The position numbers and the translations under genes were made by a program. The notes beneath the pieces are model-generated. The model had not been told where the DNA came from. It did not search any database and saw nothing but the letters and a program-made list of their open reading frames with translations. This document shows, piece after piece, positions 8,752-18,891 of a DNA stretch of 64,000 nt (positions within the stretch are counted from its first letter, which is position 1; each line of letters starts with the position of its first letter). The DNA comes from an uncultured Bacilli bacterium (GTDB lineage Bacteria; Bacillota_I; Bacilli_A; RF39; UBA660), in contig CANQGH010000001.1 of NCBI GenBank assembly GCA_947601845.1, positions 288-64,287 on the forward strand. The letters run 5' to 3'.

Positions 8752-8762
8752 TAGTAGTTTAA

Positions 8763-9506
8763 TTATTGAAAAACCTGATTATAAGGAACAGTTATTTCAA
8801 AATCCCCAAAACTATAAGGGGCTACTTGGTATTGTTCAAAGTATATTAATAAACCATCTTCAGAAAAAGCAAAAGACTTAAAGTTATCTTCATTAGGCGA
8901 TGTTCCATTATTTAACATATCTATGATATCTTGATCATTTTCAAAACGTTTATCTTTTTTTAAAATTTTTCTAGTTTCTATCGAAAGAGTATTCAAAATG
9001 TTTGGATAGTTATTAACTAAATCTTCAATAGTAATAAATTTACTATTAACTTTATCAAAAGTAATAGTCCATATCGTATTATTAGGATGAGCTCCTCCTG
9101 TATATACACTTATGAAAAAAACATATGATATGTAATCCCTATAACTATATTGTTCATAATTTATATTTAGGGTATAAAATTGATTGGGTTGAATCATATT
9201 TTCTTTAGATGTGTCTATTAATGATGTTACTTCTTTAGTCACTTTATCCTCAATCGTACTATTTAGTATAGCATATGGAGTATAGGGATAATAAACCTTA
9301 ACTTTATAATTGGGGTCCATTGATTTGCCAATAATTTTCTTTTCTAAAATAGTGGCGTCATTACTTATCGCTATTACATTTTTATCAAACATATTTCCAG
9401 TGGATACTTCTTTCTTTAATGATAGGTTCTCTATTACTAGTAAGACTACTAAAATAGTAATTATTAAGATAACAACTAACAATAAAATTAAATAATTTAT
9501 TTTCAT
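8763..9506 (-). CDS. Membrane-anchored DUF4163/DUF3298-type protein. It resembles the C-terminal domains of the RsiV anti-sigma factor but lacks an N-terminal anti-sigma domain.
   Basis: The N-terminal TM is followed by the YTGGAHPN hallmark motif of DUF3298. Confidence 0.55.
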   Translation of the reverse strand: MKINYLILLLVVILIITILVVLLVIENLSLKKEVSTGNMFDKNVIAISNDATILEKKIIGKSMDPNYKVKVYYPYTPYAILNSTIEDKVTKEVTSLIDTSKENMIQPNQFYTLNINYEQYSYRDYISYVFFISVYTGGAHPNNTIWTITFDKVNSKFITIEDLVNNYPNILNTLSIETRKILKKDKRFENDQDIIDMLNNGTSPNEDNFKSFAFSEDGLLIYFEQYQVAPYSFGDFEITVPYNQVFQ

Positions 9507-9670
9507 ATGTTCACCATTTAAATATATTCACATCATTAGATTAATTATTACATTTATATAGAATATTATGATAAAATAGGAAATGCAACTTGTAATTGAC
9601 AAAAAACAACTAAAAATTGGTAGAATGTAACATTTTTTTATTATAATATTTTGGGTGAGGTGAAGGAAAA

Positions 9671-11308
9671 ATGAAGTTTAGTGAAAAATTACAGACACTA
9701 AGAAAAGATAATAAGCTATCACAAGAGCAACTAGCGGATATGCTGGATGTATCGAGACAAGCTGTGTCCAAATGGGAGTCAGGACAAACTTATCCAGAGA
9801 TGGATAAATTACTTGCCATGACTAAAATATTTGGATGTAGTTTAGACGATCTTACGAATGATGATATTAAAGATATTAGAGGTAATACTAAAAATAAAAG
9901 TACAGCAGGCAACCTAGTTGACGAAGTATTAGAAATAATTAATAGAACTTGTGCCATATTTAAAAAATTAAAACCTTTGGATTTAGTTAAAATTATTTTT
10001 GCCATGCTAATAGTTGTTATTGTCCTATTATTATGTCATATACCAGTTAATTATATCTATTCTTTGGGTGTAGAAGTGTTTATGAATTTTGGATTTAAGA
10101 TAGGAGATATACTATCTAGTATCTTTAAATTTATATTAGAAGTGGCTTATTTTATATTGAGTCTTTTAATCTTTGTATACATTTATAAGATTAGAGTATT
10201 GGATCATTATGAACAAATAAATACTACAGAGGATAATTATAAAGAAGATAAAGAAGTGGATAATTCTAAAAAAAATAATCATATTGAGAAAGAGACATTA
10301 CCAAAAAGAGAAGTTATTGTCAAAAAAGAAAAAAGTTATACTATTTTTAAATTGTTAGGATCAATGGTCATGGCATGTATAAAGTTTTTTGTTATATGTT
10401 TAGCTATTCCTTTTGTTATATCCTTATTGTTACAATTTGCAGCTTTAATAATATCCATTTTGATTATTTTTAAAGGAGTATTCTTTTTAGGAATAATAAT
10501 TGGAATATTATCACTTATTTTATTAAATATTATTATTTTGAATTTAATATTTAATTTTCTCTTTAATAAAACGAATTCGGTTAAGAGATTATTTATTATG
10601 TTTGCTGTTTCTATTGCGGCTTTAGGAATAGGGGTAGGTATTACCATGTGGGACTTTACTAATATGAACTATATAAATGGTGTTCCAGAAGAAATTGAAA
10701 AAGAAAAGTATGAAGTTACATATCCTATGAAAAATGATATTATCATTGATCCATATAATTCTTATATTAATTATGCGATTGATGAAAGCTTAGAAAATAG
10801 CATAAGAATAGAAATTTCATCTTATGAAAATTATAGTCATTATTATGTGGAATATAATGATGGAAAGTATATATATTTTAATCAAGATACTAGTATGCAT
10901 TCGATAAAAGATTTTGTTGATATCACTTTAAAATATTTATCAAAAAAGCAACTTTATTTATATGAAGGACTATATGATGGTGATATAACTGTTTATACTA
11001 GTTCAAAAAATAGGGAAGTATTACTAAATAATATTAAAAATTATTTATCCGAAAAAGAACAATCATATTATAGTAATCAAATAAAACAATATCAAGAAGT
11101 TATAAGCGATTATGAAAAGAGATTAAATGAATTAGAAAATAGTTATTATGCAAATATCAACTCATTGAAACAAAAAAAACAGTACTTAGAAGAAAAAAGT
11201 GAAAAACTAGAAGAGGAAAACGAAAATTTACGCTTACAAATAGAAGAATATAAAAATACTATTGCTGAATACCGTGATGCTCTTTCTAATTTGTTGGAAA
11301 ATTCATAG
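9671..11308 (+). CDS. Membrane-anchored XRE-family HTH transcriptional regulator with a C-terminal coiled-coil.
   Basis: The HTH is LSQEQLADMLDVSRQAVSKWESGQTYP. It has about five TM helices. The C-terminus is a heptad-rich acidic coiled-coil. A TTGACA-17-TAGAAT promoter lies upstream at about 9597-9625. Confidence 0.6.
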   Translation: MKFSEKLQTLRKDNKLSQEQLADMLDVSRQAVSKWESGQTYPEMDKLLAMTKIFGCSLDDLTNDDIKDIRGNTKNKSTAGNLVDEVLEIINRTCAIFKKLKPLDLVKIIFAMLIVVIVLLLCHIPVNYIYSLGVEVFMNFGFKIGDILSSIFKFILEVAYFILSLLIFVYIYKIRVLDHYEQINTTEDNYKEDKEVDNSKKNNHIEKETLPKREVIVKKEKSYTIFKLLGSMVMACIKFFVICLAIPFVISLLLQFAALIISILIIFKGVFFLGIIIGILSLILLNIIILNLIFNFLFNKTNSVKRLFIMFAVSIAALGIGVGITMWDFTNMNYINGVPEEIEKEKYEVTYPMKNDIIIDPYNSYINYAIDESLENSIRIEISSYENYSHYYVEYNDGKYIYFNQDTSMHSIKDFVDITLKYLSKKQLYLYEGLYDGDITVYTSSKNREVLLNNIKNYLSEKEQSYYSNQIKQYQEVISDYEKRLNELENSYYANINSLKQKKQYLEEKSEKLEEENENLRLQIEEYKNTIAEYRDALSNLLENS

Positions 11309-11340
11309 TAGTACTTATATTAAAAGAGAAAAAAGTTCAA

Positions 11341-11372
11341 TAAAAAAAGGAATTAGTTTTCCTTTTTTTGCT
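11341..11372. terminator. Bidirectional intrinsic terminator hairpin (AAAAAAAGGAA-ttagtt-TTCCTTTTTTT) between convergent genes.
   Basis: Perfect stem flanked by A-run and T-run. Confidence 0.5.
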
Positions 11373-12486
11373 TAGCAATATTTATTTTTTGTAATATTTT
11401 TTCTTTACCGTTTAATAAAGGACTGATTGAGTGATGATTATTTAAGGCATCGATAATGCTTGTTATTTGATGGGAACAATCTACTTCATTAAACCATTCT
11501 AAGTTTTTAATATCGTTAGGGACATAAGATAAGTTAGTTGTATAAAGTTTATCAAATAATTTGTTTTCATAAGCATTTTCAAAAAGGTCAATACTTTTCT
11601 TACCATCGCTAAATAATGCGAATGATGCGATTAATATTATTCTATCGGCGCCTAAATCTTTTAACTTAGCAGCTACATCAATCATAGATTGACCAGATGA
11701 AATCATATCATCAGCTACTAATACGGTTTTACCTTTGACATCGGTACCAATATATTCATGCGATATAATAGCGTTTTTTCCATCGATTACTTGGGAGTAA
11801 TCACGTCTTTTATTAAATTGTCCAAGAGCACACCCCAATATATTAGCATAATATTCAGAACGGTCAGATGCTCCAGTATCAGGTGCTACTACAATTAAAT
11901 TATTGTAATCAAAATCCTCACTTTCAAGAATTTTTTCTAGAATAGAATGAGTAAGATAAATATTATCAAATGAACAATTAAGTAGAGCGTTTCTAACGCC
12001 TGGGTCATGGGCATCACAAGTAATAATTCCTTTAACCCCTAAAAATTCTAATTCATGTAGCATAAGAGCACAATCAAGGGATTCACGTCCTTTCCTCTTA
12101 TGTTGTCTTGATTCATAAAGAAATGGCATAATAACTTTAATAGATTCGGCGGCTCCATTCATTGCCGAAATAACTCTTTTAATGTCCTGATAATGATCAT
12201 CTGGACTTTTGTGATTAATAAAACCGTGCATTTTGTAAGTACAATCATAATTAGTTACATCTGACAAAATATATACATCTTTCTCCCTAATTGATTCCTC
12301 AATAACCGCTTTTGATTCCCCACTAGCAAACCTAGGAAGAGTAGTGGGAACGATGAAACTAAACTTTGGATCATCAAGCCCCCTCATCAGTTTTAAGTGA
12401 TTATCAACCTTTTGGCCAAACTCCCAAAAGTTGTCCATTACGATTAAACGTAAGTTACTAGATACTAACTCCATAAATACCTCCAC
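11353..12486 (-). CDS. prs: Ribose-phosphate pyrophosphokinase (PRPP synthetase) family protein, long form (377 aa).
   Basis: The PRPP-binding loop is VLVADDMISSGQSM. The N-domain FASGESKAVIEESIREKDVYIL matches Prs. Confidence 0.7.
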   Translation of the reverse strand: MEVFMELVSSNLRLIVMDNFWEFGQKVDNHLKLMRGLDDPKFSFIVPTTLPRFASGESKAVIEESIREKDVYILSDVTNYDCTYKMHGFINHKSPDDHYQDIKRVISAMNGAAESIKVIMPFLYESRQHKRKGRESLDCALMLHELEFLGVKGIITCDAHDPGVRNALLNCSFDNIYLTHSILEKILESEDFDYNNLIVVAPDTGASDRSEYYANILGCALGQFNKRRDYSQVIDGKNAIISHEYIGTDVKGKTVLVADDMISSGQSMIDVAAKLKDLGADRIILIASFALFSDGKKSIDLFENAYENKLFDKLYTTNLSYVPNDIKNLEWFNEVDCSHQITSIIDALNNHHSISPLLNGKEKILQKINIAKQKKEN

Positions 12487-12611
12487 ATCTTATATCCTTA
12501 CAAAATTATTGTAACAATTAATTTTAATAAAATAAACTAATTTTACACTATTTGATAAAATATTTTTTTTGAGCTATAAATGTTCATTTTAATATATATT
12601 TATATATATAT

Positions 12612-13292
12612 TTGATAGATTATGTTATACTTAAAATAGTGGTGATAAAAGATATGAAAAAGATGAAATCAATTATAAAAAGTAACTTAAAATGGATTAT
12701 TGCTTTAATATCATTAGTTCTATTTATGATTATTATTAAAAATATTTATCAACAAGATATAGCTAGTTTTGATAATTTTTATTATCATCATATTTCTAAA
12801 CTAATTTCTAATCGTATGACTCCATTTATCAAAATTATTACTAATTTAAGTAGTGCCTATGTGCTTATTATAATTACAGTATTATTCCTATTATTATTAA
12901 AAAATAAAAGGCCAGGTATATTAGTACTAATTAATTTAGTTACTATTTTCTTATTTAATTTAATATTAAAATTAATCGTTGCAAGACCTAGACCTAGTGA
13001 TATTAATTTAATTGAAGAACTAGGATACAGTTTTCCTTCAGCTCATGCGATGATATCCACAGCATTTTATGGTTTTATTGCGTATTTAATATGTAAGACT
13101 AATCTTAATAAATCATTAAAGATATTGTATACCGTTCTTTTAGCGATTACTATTATTTTAATAGGAATATCTAGAATTTATTTAGGAGTACATTTTGCTA
13201 GTGATGTTTTCGGTGGTATTTTAATTGCCATATCATATTTAATTTTATACACAAATATTGTGGAAAAAATAAAAAAAGGACCGAAGTCCTAA
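12612..13292 (+). CDS. PAP2-family membrane phosphatase (undecaprenyl-diphosphate / lipid phosphatase-like).
   Basis: It has the KLIVARPRP, SFPSAHAM and SRIYLGVHFASDV motifs (KxxxxxxRP, PSGH, SRxxxxxHxxxD). Confidence 0.75.
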   Translation: MIDYVILKIVVIKDMKKMKSIIKSNLKWIIALISLVLFMIIIKNIYQQDIASFDNFYYHHISKLISNRMTPFIKIITNLSSAYVLIIITVLFLLLLKNKRPGILVLINLVTIFLFNLILKLIVARPRPSDINLIEELGYSFPSAHAMISTAFYGFIAYLICKTNLNKSLKILYTVLLAITIILIGISRIYLGVHFASDVFGGILIAISYLILYTNIVEKIKKGPKS

Positions 13293-13831
13293 TTCTTACC
13301 AACATAATAAATATAACCAATAACCTCAATAACTGAATATATTATGATAAATAAACCAATCATTTGGAACATTAGATTATTTCTTAAAATCATATAAATA
13401 CCTGCTATAATCATAAGGATAGATAATACAATTAATAATTTAGAACTAGTATCCTTATTTTTTAAAGCTTTAATAGAATTAGTAAGAAGATTAATACCAT
13501 TAAATAAAATCCATGCTCCCATAATAATTCTAATTAATGCTTCAACCGCACTTGAAAAAATCACTAATATTAACCCACAAATTAAAGCCACAATTCCTAC
13601 ACTAACATCTCTAAGATTTACTTCCAAGTTTTTCTTTTTGCTACGATAATAAGCAATTATCTTAAATAGACCAACAATGATAAATAATCCTCCTAAGACA
13701 TATGCAATAAATTTAACGGTGCCATTGGGATTAGTAAAAATAATACTACCAATGATAAAGAAAAAGATAGCACTTATTAAAGTTGATACATTTGCATAAT
13801 TTTTATTTTTTAAGTTATCTGCGTATTTCAT
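13289..13831 (-). CDS. HdeD/DUF308-family small membrane protein.
   Basis: It has six short TM helices and a Gly-rich repeat pattern typical of DUF308. Confidence 0.45.
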   Translation of the reverse strand: MKYADNLKNKNYANVSTLISAIFFFIIGSIIFTNPNGTVKFIAYVLGGLFIIVGLFKIIAYYRSKKKNLEVNLRDVSVGIVALICGLILVIFSSAVEALIRIIMGAWILFNGINLLTNSIKALKNKDTSSKLLIVLSILMIIAGIYMILRNNLMFQMIGLFIIIYSVIEVIGYIYYVGKN

Positions 13832-13934
13832 AATACCTCCTTAATTACAAGCATATTATATACCAAAATATCTAAAAATGGTAGATGTAAATATCTAATT
13901 TTGTATGTTATACTACTATTGTATGTAGAAAGGC

Positions 13935-15581
13935 GTGATCATATTGAAAACAGATGTAGAAATATCAAGAATGTGTTCTAAAAAGAATATTATAGATGTA
14001 GCTAAAAAGATAGGTATTAATAGTAATGATATTATTCCTTATGGTAACTATATGGCTAAGATTAACTATAAAAATTATAAGAGTGCTAATAAAGGAAAAT
14101 TAATATTGGTAACATCTATTAATCCTACTCCTTATGGTGAAGGGAAGACCACCATTAGTATTGGTTTAGGTGATGCTTTAAACTTGATTGGTAAGAAAAC
14201 ATTAATTGCTTTACGTGAACCATCACTTGGACCCGTATTTGGGGTAAAGGGAGGAGCAACTGGTGGTGGTTATGCGCAAATAGTTCCCATGGAAGATATT
14301 AATTTACATTTTACAGGCGATATGCATGCGGTTACTAGTTGTAATAATTTAATTAGCGCAGCTATCGATAATCATCTATACTTTGGCAACAGTCTAAATA
14401 TTGATCCTAATAAGATTGTTTTTAATCGCTGTATGGATATGAATGATAGAGCATTAAGAAGTATTACTATCAATAGTAAAATAGAGCGAATGGAGTCATT
14501 TAATATTACAGCAGCTAGTGAAGTTATGAGTATTCTATGTTTATCTCAAGACTTAATGGATTTAAAAAAGAATTTAGGAAATATATTAATTGGTTATACT
14601 TATGATGGTAAAGAGGTTTTAGCTAAAGACTTAAAATTAGAAGGTTCACTAGCCACTCTTTTAAAAGATGCAGTGAAACCTAATTTAGTTCAAACTCTAG
14701 AGAATAATCCCGTTTTAGTACATGGCGGTCCTTTTGCTAATATTGCTCATGGATGTAATAGTATTATTGCTACTAATTTAGGACTTAATTTAGCAGATTA
14801 TGTAGTAACGGAAGCTGGATTTGGTTCAGACTTAGGAGCTGAAAAATTCTTTGATATTAAATGTCGTAAGGCTAATCTAAAACCAGATTGTGTTGTCCTA
14901 GTAGTAACTTTAAAAGCTCTAAAATATAATGCTGGGGTAAGTAAAGAAGAAATATTAACACCTTCAGTGGAAAAAGTAAAAATAGGTCTTTCTAATTTAA
15001 TGGCTCATGTGGAAAACATAAAAAAATATACTAATAATTTAATTGTCTGTCTAAATAAATACGACCAAGATACTAGCGATGAAATCAAAGTAGTAGAAGA
15101 GTATTGTTATAGTGAAAATATTGCTTTTGAAGTTGCTAATAGTTTTAAAGATGGTGGTAAGGGGTCTATTAATTTAGCTAATAAAGTAGTAGATATATGT
15201 TCTAGACCAAACGATTTTAAAATGCTTTATAGTGACAGTCTATCAATAAAAGAAAAAATTGATTGTATTGCTAAGGAAATATATCATTGTAAAGAAGTAA
15301 TATATAGCACTAGTATTTTGAAAAAATTAGAATCCTTAAAGGAATATAATTCTTTACCAGTATGCATTGCTAAAACGCAATATTCTATTAGCGATGACCC
15401 TAATAAGTTGGGTTATCCTAAAGATTATGAAGTTACAGTTAAGGATATTAAACTATATAAAGGAGCTTCTTTTATTACGGTTTTACTAGGTGATATTCTA
15501 ACAATGCCAGGCTTATCTAAAACACCTAATTTAGAAAAAATTGATATAAATGAAAAAGAAGAAATAACAGGGTTATTTTAA
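13935..15581 (+). CDS. fhs: Formate--tetrahydrofolate ligase.
   Basis: Full-length FTHFS with the P-loop-like TPYGEGKTT and conserved motifs along the whole protein. The true start may be the TTG at 13943. Confidence 0.9.
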   Translation: MIILKTDVEISRMCSKKNIIDVAKKIGINSNDIIPYGNYMAKINYKNYKSANKGKLILVTSINPTPYGEGKTTISIGLGDALNLIGKKTLIALREPSLGPVFGVKGGATGGGYAQIVPMEDINLHFTGDMHAVTSCNNLISAAIDNHLYFGNSLNIDPNKIVFNRCMDMNDRALRSITINSKIERMESFNITAASEVMSILCLSQDLMDLKKNLGNILIGYTYDGKEVLAKDLKLEGSLATLLKDAVKPNLVQTLENNPVLVHGGPFANIAHGCNSIIATNLGLNLADYVVTEAGFGSDLGAEKFFDIKCRKANLKPDCVVLVVTLKALKYNAGVSKEEILTPSVEKVKIGLSNLMAHVENIKKYTNNLIVCLNKYDQDTSDEIKVVEEYCYSENIAFEVANSFKDGGKGSINLANKVVDICSRPNDFKMLYSDSLSIKEKIDCIAKEIYHCKEVIYSTSILKKLESLKEYNSLPVCIAKTQYSISDDPNKLGYPKDYEVTVKDIKLYKGASFITVLLGDILTMPGLSKTPNLEKIDINEKEEITGLF

Positions 15582-15587
15582 AAAATA

Positions 15588-16322
15588 ATGTTCATAATAA
15601 GAATGGTGATTATTATGAACTTTTTTTATATTTTTATTAAGTCAATATTTTCAATTGTAGCTTTATTCTTTTTTACTAAAGCAATGGGTAAAAAGCAATT
15701 ATCACAGCTTAACTTATATGACTATGTCATTGGCATTACGATAGGTAGTGTAGCGGCAGATATTTCTATCGATTTAGAGTCGCATTTCTTTTATGGCATA
15801 ATTGTTATGGCTGTCTACACCATAGTGTCAATTTTAATATCACATTATACAGCTAAAAATATAAAACTTCGAAGATTTGTTATAGGCGTACCAATAATCA
15901 TTATAGAAGATGGCAAAATTATTGAGGATAATGTCGAAAAAGCCAAAATAGATATATTAGAGTTATTGCAAGAGGCTAGAAGTAATGGTTATTTTGACAT
16001 TAGTGAAATTGAGTTTGCTATCATGGAAGCTAACGGTAAAATAAGCTTTTTACCTAAGAGTAAATATGCTCCTCTTACCCCTAATGATATGAAAGTAAAA
16101 GTACCTTATAAAGGATTATCTTCAAATTTAGTTATTGATGGAAATATTATGGTTAATAATTTGAAAGTAATAAAAAAAGATGAAGAATGGTTATTAACAA
16201 GATTAAATAAAGAGGGGTATCCTCATGTTTCAGACTTATTGTTAGTAACTTGTGATAGTAAAGAAAAATTAACCATATATAAGAAAGGTGAAGATAGCGT
16301 AAAGAGTGGTTGCTTAGAATAA
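15588..16322 (+). CDS. DUF421 (YetF-like) membrane protein.
   Basis: It has N-terminal TM helices and a C-terminal soluble domain with the DUF421 pattern. Confidence 0.5.
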   Translation: MFIIRMVIIMNFFYIFIKSIFSIVALFFFTKAMGKKQLSQLNLYDYVIGITIGSVAADISIDLESHFFYGIIVMAVYTIVSILISHYTAKNIKLRRFVIGVPIIIIEDGKIIEDNVEKAKIDILELLQEARSNGYFDISEIEFAIMEANGKISFLPKSKYAPLTPNDMKVKVPYKGLSSNLVIDGNIMVNNLKVIKKDEEWLLTRLNKEGYPHVSDLLLVTCDSKEKLTIYKKGEDSVKSGCLE

Positions 16323-16356
16323 TAAAAATATGTTAAACTTTTACTAGAGGTAGTTT

Positions 16357-17763
16357 ATGAAAAATAAAGATAATTGGTTAACATTATTGATATTCGTAGG
16401 TATTTTATTTCTAGCTATTTTTTCTTTTGGTTTTGGTAATGATTATTATTGGCATGTAAAAGCTGGAGAATATATAGTTCATAATTTAAAAATACCTTAT
16501 TATGATATTTTCTCTTGGTATGGTATCAGTCATCATTTATACTGGTTTTCTCATGAGTGGCTAAGTGAAGTAGTTTTATATTTATATAAGGTTATATTTA
16601 AAGATTATGGTCCTATTATGTTTAATGCTAGTATGTATTTAGTATTAATAATGATATTATTTGTCTTTTTAAAGAAAAATCTTTCTAAAAATAAAATATT
16701 TACTTTTAGTTGGGCCATATTTGGTATGTTAGTTTTTTCTACTGTAATGTTACCAAGGCCGCATATAATTAGTTATATATTATTAGCTATTACTATGTAT
16801 CTTTTATTTGATAACTTTAATCATAAAGAATCTAAGAAAATCTACTTGTTACCAGTTATAAGTTTTCTTTGGGCTAATTTTCATGGCGGTTCTTCTAATT
16901 TAGTATATCTTTTATGTTTTATTTTCATGGTTGTCGGATTATTTACATTTAATTTTGGTAAAATAACAGCCACTAAAATTGATAAGCAGCAAATTATTAG
17001 ATATTCCATCGTAGGAATTATTAGTTTCCTTGTTTTAGCCATTAATCCCCATGGTATTAAAATATGGAGTTATCCGTATGTCAATATAATGGATAATGTT
17101 CTAATATCCAATATAGTTGAATGGGCTAGTCCTAGTTTAAATAAGAGTGAGGATATTATCTGTTTCCTATTACTAGGATTAATTATCATTACTATGATTA
17201 TAACCAAATATAAAATAAAATTAATAGATTTTATTACTATGGGAATATTTCTCATCTTAGGTTTTAAAAGTGTTAGATTTATTCCTCTTGTATATATTGC
17301 TTCTAGTTTTGTTATCTTTAATTGGATTGATAAGGATTCCTTAGTAATTAATAAAATAATTGTTATAACTTTTATCATTTTTTTACTAGGATCTAGTGCT
17401 TTTCTTAGTACTAAATTGGTAGATAATTACAAAATAAAAAAGATACCCGATGAAATAATAGAGTATATTAAAAAAAGAAATCCTAAAAGGCTATACAATT
17501 ATTATGATTATGGTGGATATCTAATATATAATGACATTCAAGTATTTGTCGATGGCAGAACGGATCTTTATTCTTCCAATATCTTAAAAGATGCTTTGGA
17601 TATACAAAATCATGGTTATAAATATTTATTAGAAGGATATGATTTTGATATGATTGTTATACCTTGTAATATTCCTTTAAATATTGTTTTATCTACTAAC
17701 AATAATTATTATTCTAGTATGCAACATGACAATACTATCATATATGAAAAAAAATCCCTATAG
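16357..17763 (+). CDS. Polytopic membrane protein, possibly a GT-C-type (ArnT/PMT-like) glycosyltransferase.
   Basis: It has about 12 TM helices with periplasmic loops. No catalytic motif is certain. Confidence 0.35.
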   Translation: MKNKDNWLTLLIFVGILFLAIFSFGFGNDYYWHVKAGEYIVHNLKIPYYDIFSWYGISHHLYWFSHEWLSEVVLYLYKVIFKDYGPIMFNASMYLVLIMILFVFLKKNLSKNKIFTFSWAIFGMLVFSTVMLPRPHIISYILLAITMYLLFDNFNHKESKKIYLLPVISFLWANFHGGSSNLVYLLCFIFMVVGLFTFNFGKITATKIDKQQIIRYSIVGIISFLVLAINPHGIKIWSYPYVNIMDNVLISNIVEWASPSLNKSEDIICFLLLGLIIITMIITKYKIKLIDFITMGIFLILGFKSVRFIPLVYIASSFVIFNWIDKDSLVINKIIVITFIIFLLGSSAFLSTKLVDNYKIKKIPDEIIEYIKKRNPKRLYNYYDYGGYLIYNDIQVFVDGRTDLYSSNILKDALDIQNHGYKYLLEGYDFDMIVIPCNIPLNIVLSTNNNYYSSMQHDNTIIYEKKSL

Positions 17764-18010
17764 GGATTAATTTTTACTTGTAAAAACAATAATTATAATA
17801 ATACTTAATAAGAGTAATATACCTAATAAAAAGAATGAAGTAATATCTACACTTGATAACATCTTATCACCTTATGATGATTATATCACGTTAAGATTAT
17901 TAAATAAAGTATAAAAACTATCGAAATACATCATTATTATAATATCATATGGTGATATATGATTAAGTGTCCAATAACCTAGGCAATTTCTAGGTTGTTT
18001 TTTTGTATAT

Positions 18011-18778
18011 TTAACTATATATTTTTAAAAATTCTAGAATGACCTTATTTACATAATATGGATACTGTAAATATGGAAAATGATTAGCGTTAGGTATAAT
18101 AATTAATCCCGCATCTTCGATTTTTTCCTTCATAAGTACGCCATCAGTTAATGGTGTATCGGGATCATTTTCTCCCCATATAAGTAGAGTAGATGTGTTA
18201 ATATTGTTTAAATATTTGCGCAAATCTTCATTAATGACTTTAATAAAAGTTTTTCTAATATTAGGGTCTAAGTTTTTAAAATCATTTGAACCAAAGATTT
18301 GAATTAATTTATCTAAATATTTTGGCCTTATCTTTTTAGGTAATAATAATCCACATTTCTTAAGTATTTTATAAACTCTTTGTTTAATTCTTGCTTTAAT
18401 ACTTTTCTTATGTTTAATACCAGCGGAATCCATTAAAATAATTTTTTTAATATTTATTTTATATAGTCCTGCTAAAAGAATAATAATTCTTCCTCCAAAA
18501 GAGTGACCGATTAAGATAGGATTGTCAATACTATTGGCAGTTAAAAAATCTTTAATAAGGTTAGCATAATCATAAATATCTAAATCACGATTAGGAAATT
18601 TGCTATTACCAAATCCAGGATAATCAACAATATAAACAGTATAGAATTCTTTTAAAATATCAATTAAATGATAAAAGGTGCTTCTTGTTTCTCCCCATCC
18701 TGGTAATATAACAATATTACTCTTACCATTACCATATTTCTCATAATACATATTAAAATCATTGATCATAAAATTCAT
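18011..18778 (-). CDS. Alpha/beta-hydrolase (esterase/lipase family).
   Basis: The nucleophile elbow is GHSFGG, and distal catalytic Asp/His residues are present. Confidence 0.7.
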   Translation of the reverse strand: MNFMINDFNMYYEKYGNGKSNIVILPGWGETRSTFYHLIDILKEFYTVYIVDYPGFGNSKFPNRDLDIYDYANLIKDFLTANSIDNPILIGHSFGGRIIILLAGLYKINIKKIILMDSAGIKHKKSIKARIKQRVYKILKKCGLLLPKKIRPKYLDKLIQIFGSNDFKNLDPNIRKTFIKVINEDLRKYLNNINTSTLLIWGENDPDTPLTDGVLMKEKIEDAGLIIIPNANHFPYLQYPYYVNKVILEFLKIYS

Positions 18779-18891
18779 ATAATCACCTAATATAATTTAT
18801 GTCGATTATTTTTTATTGTTAATTAATTAAGAAATAGTGAAATTATTAATAAAAGAGGGTATAATATAACTATATAGAAAGAGGTATAAAG

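Noticed and set aside
12570-12625. (AT)n/(TA)n dinucleotide run (atatatatttatatatatattt) upstream of the PAP2 gene as a phase-variable element.
   Set aside because: Short interrupted TA runs are common in a genome this AT-rich. There is no clear promoter-spacer placement.
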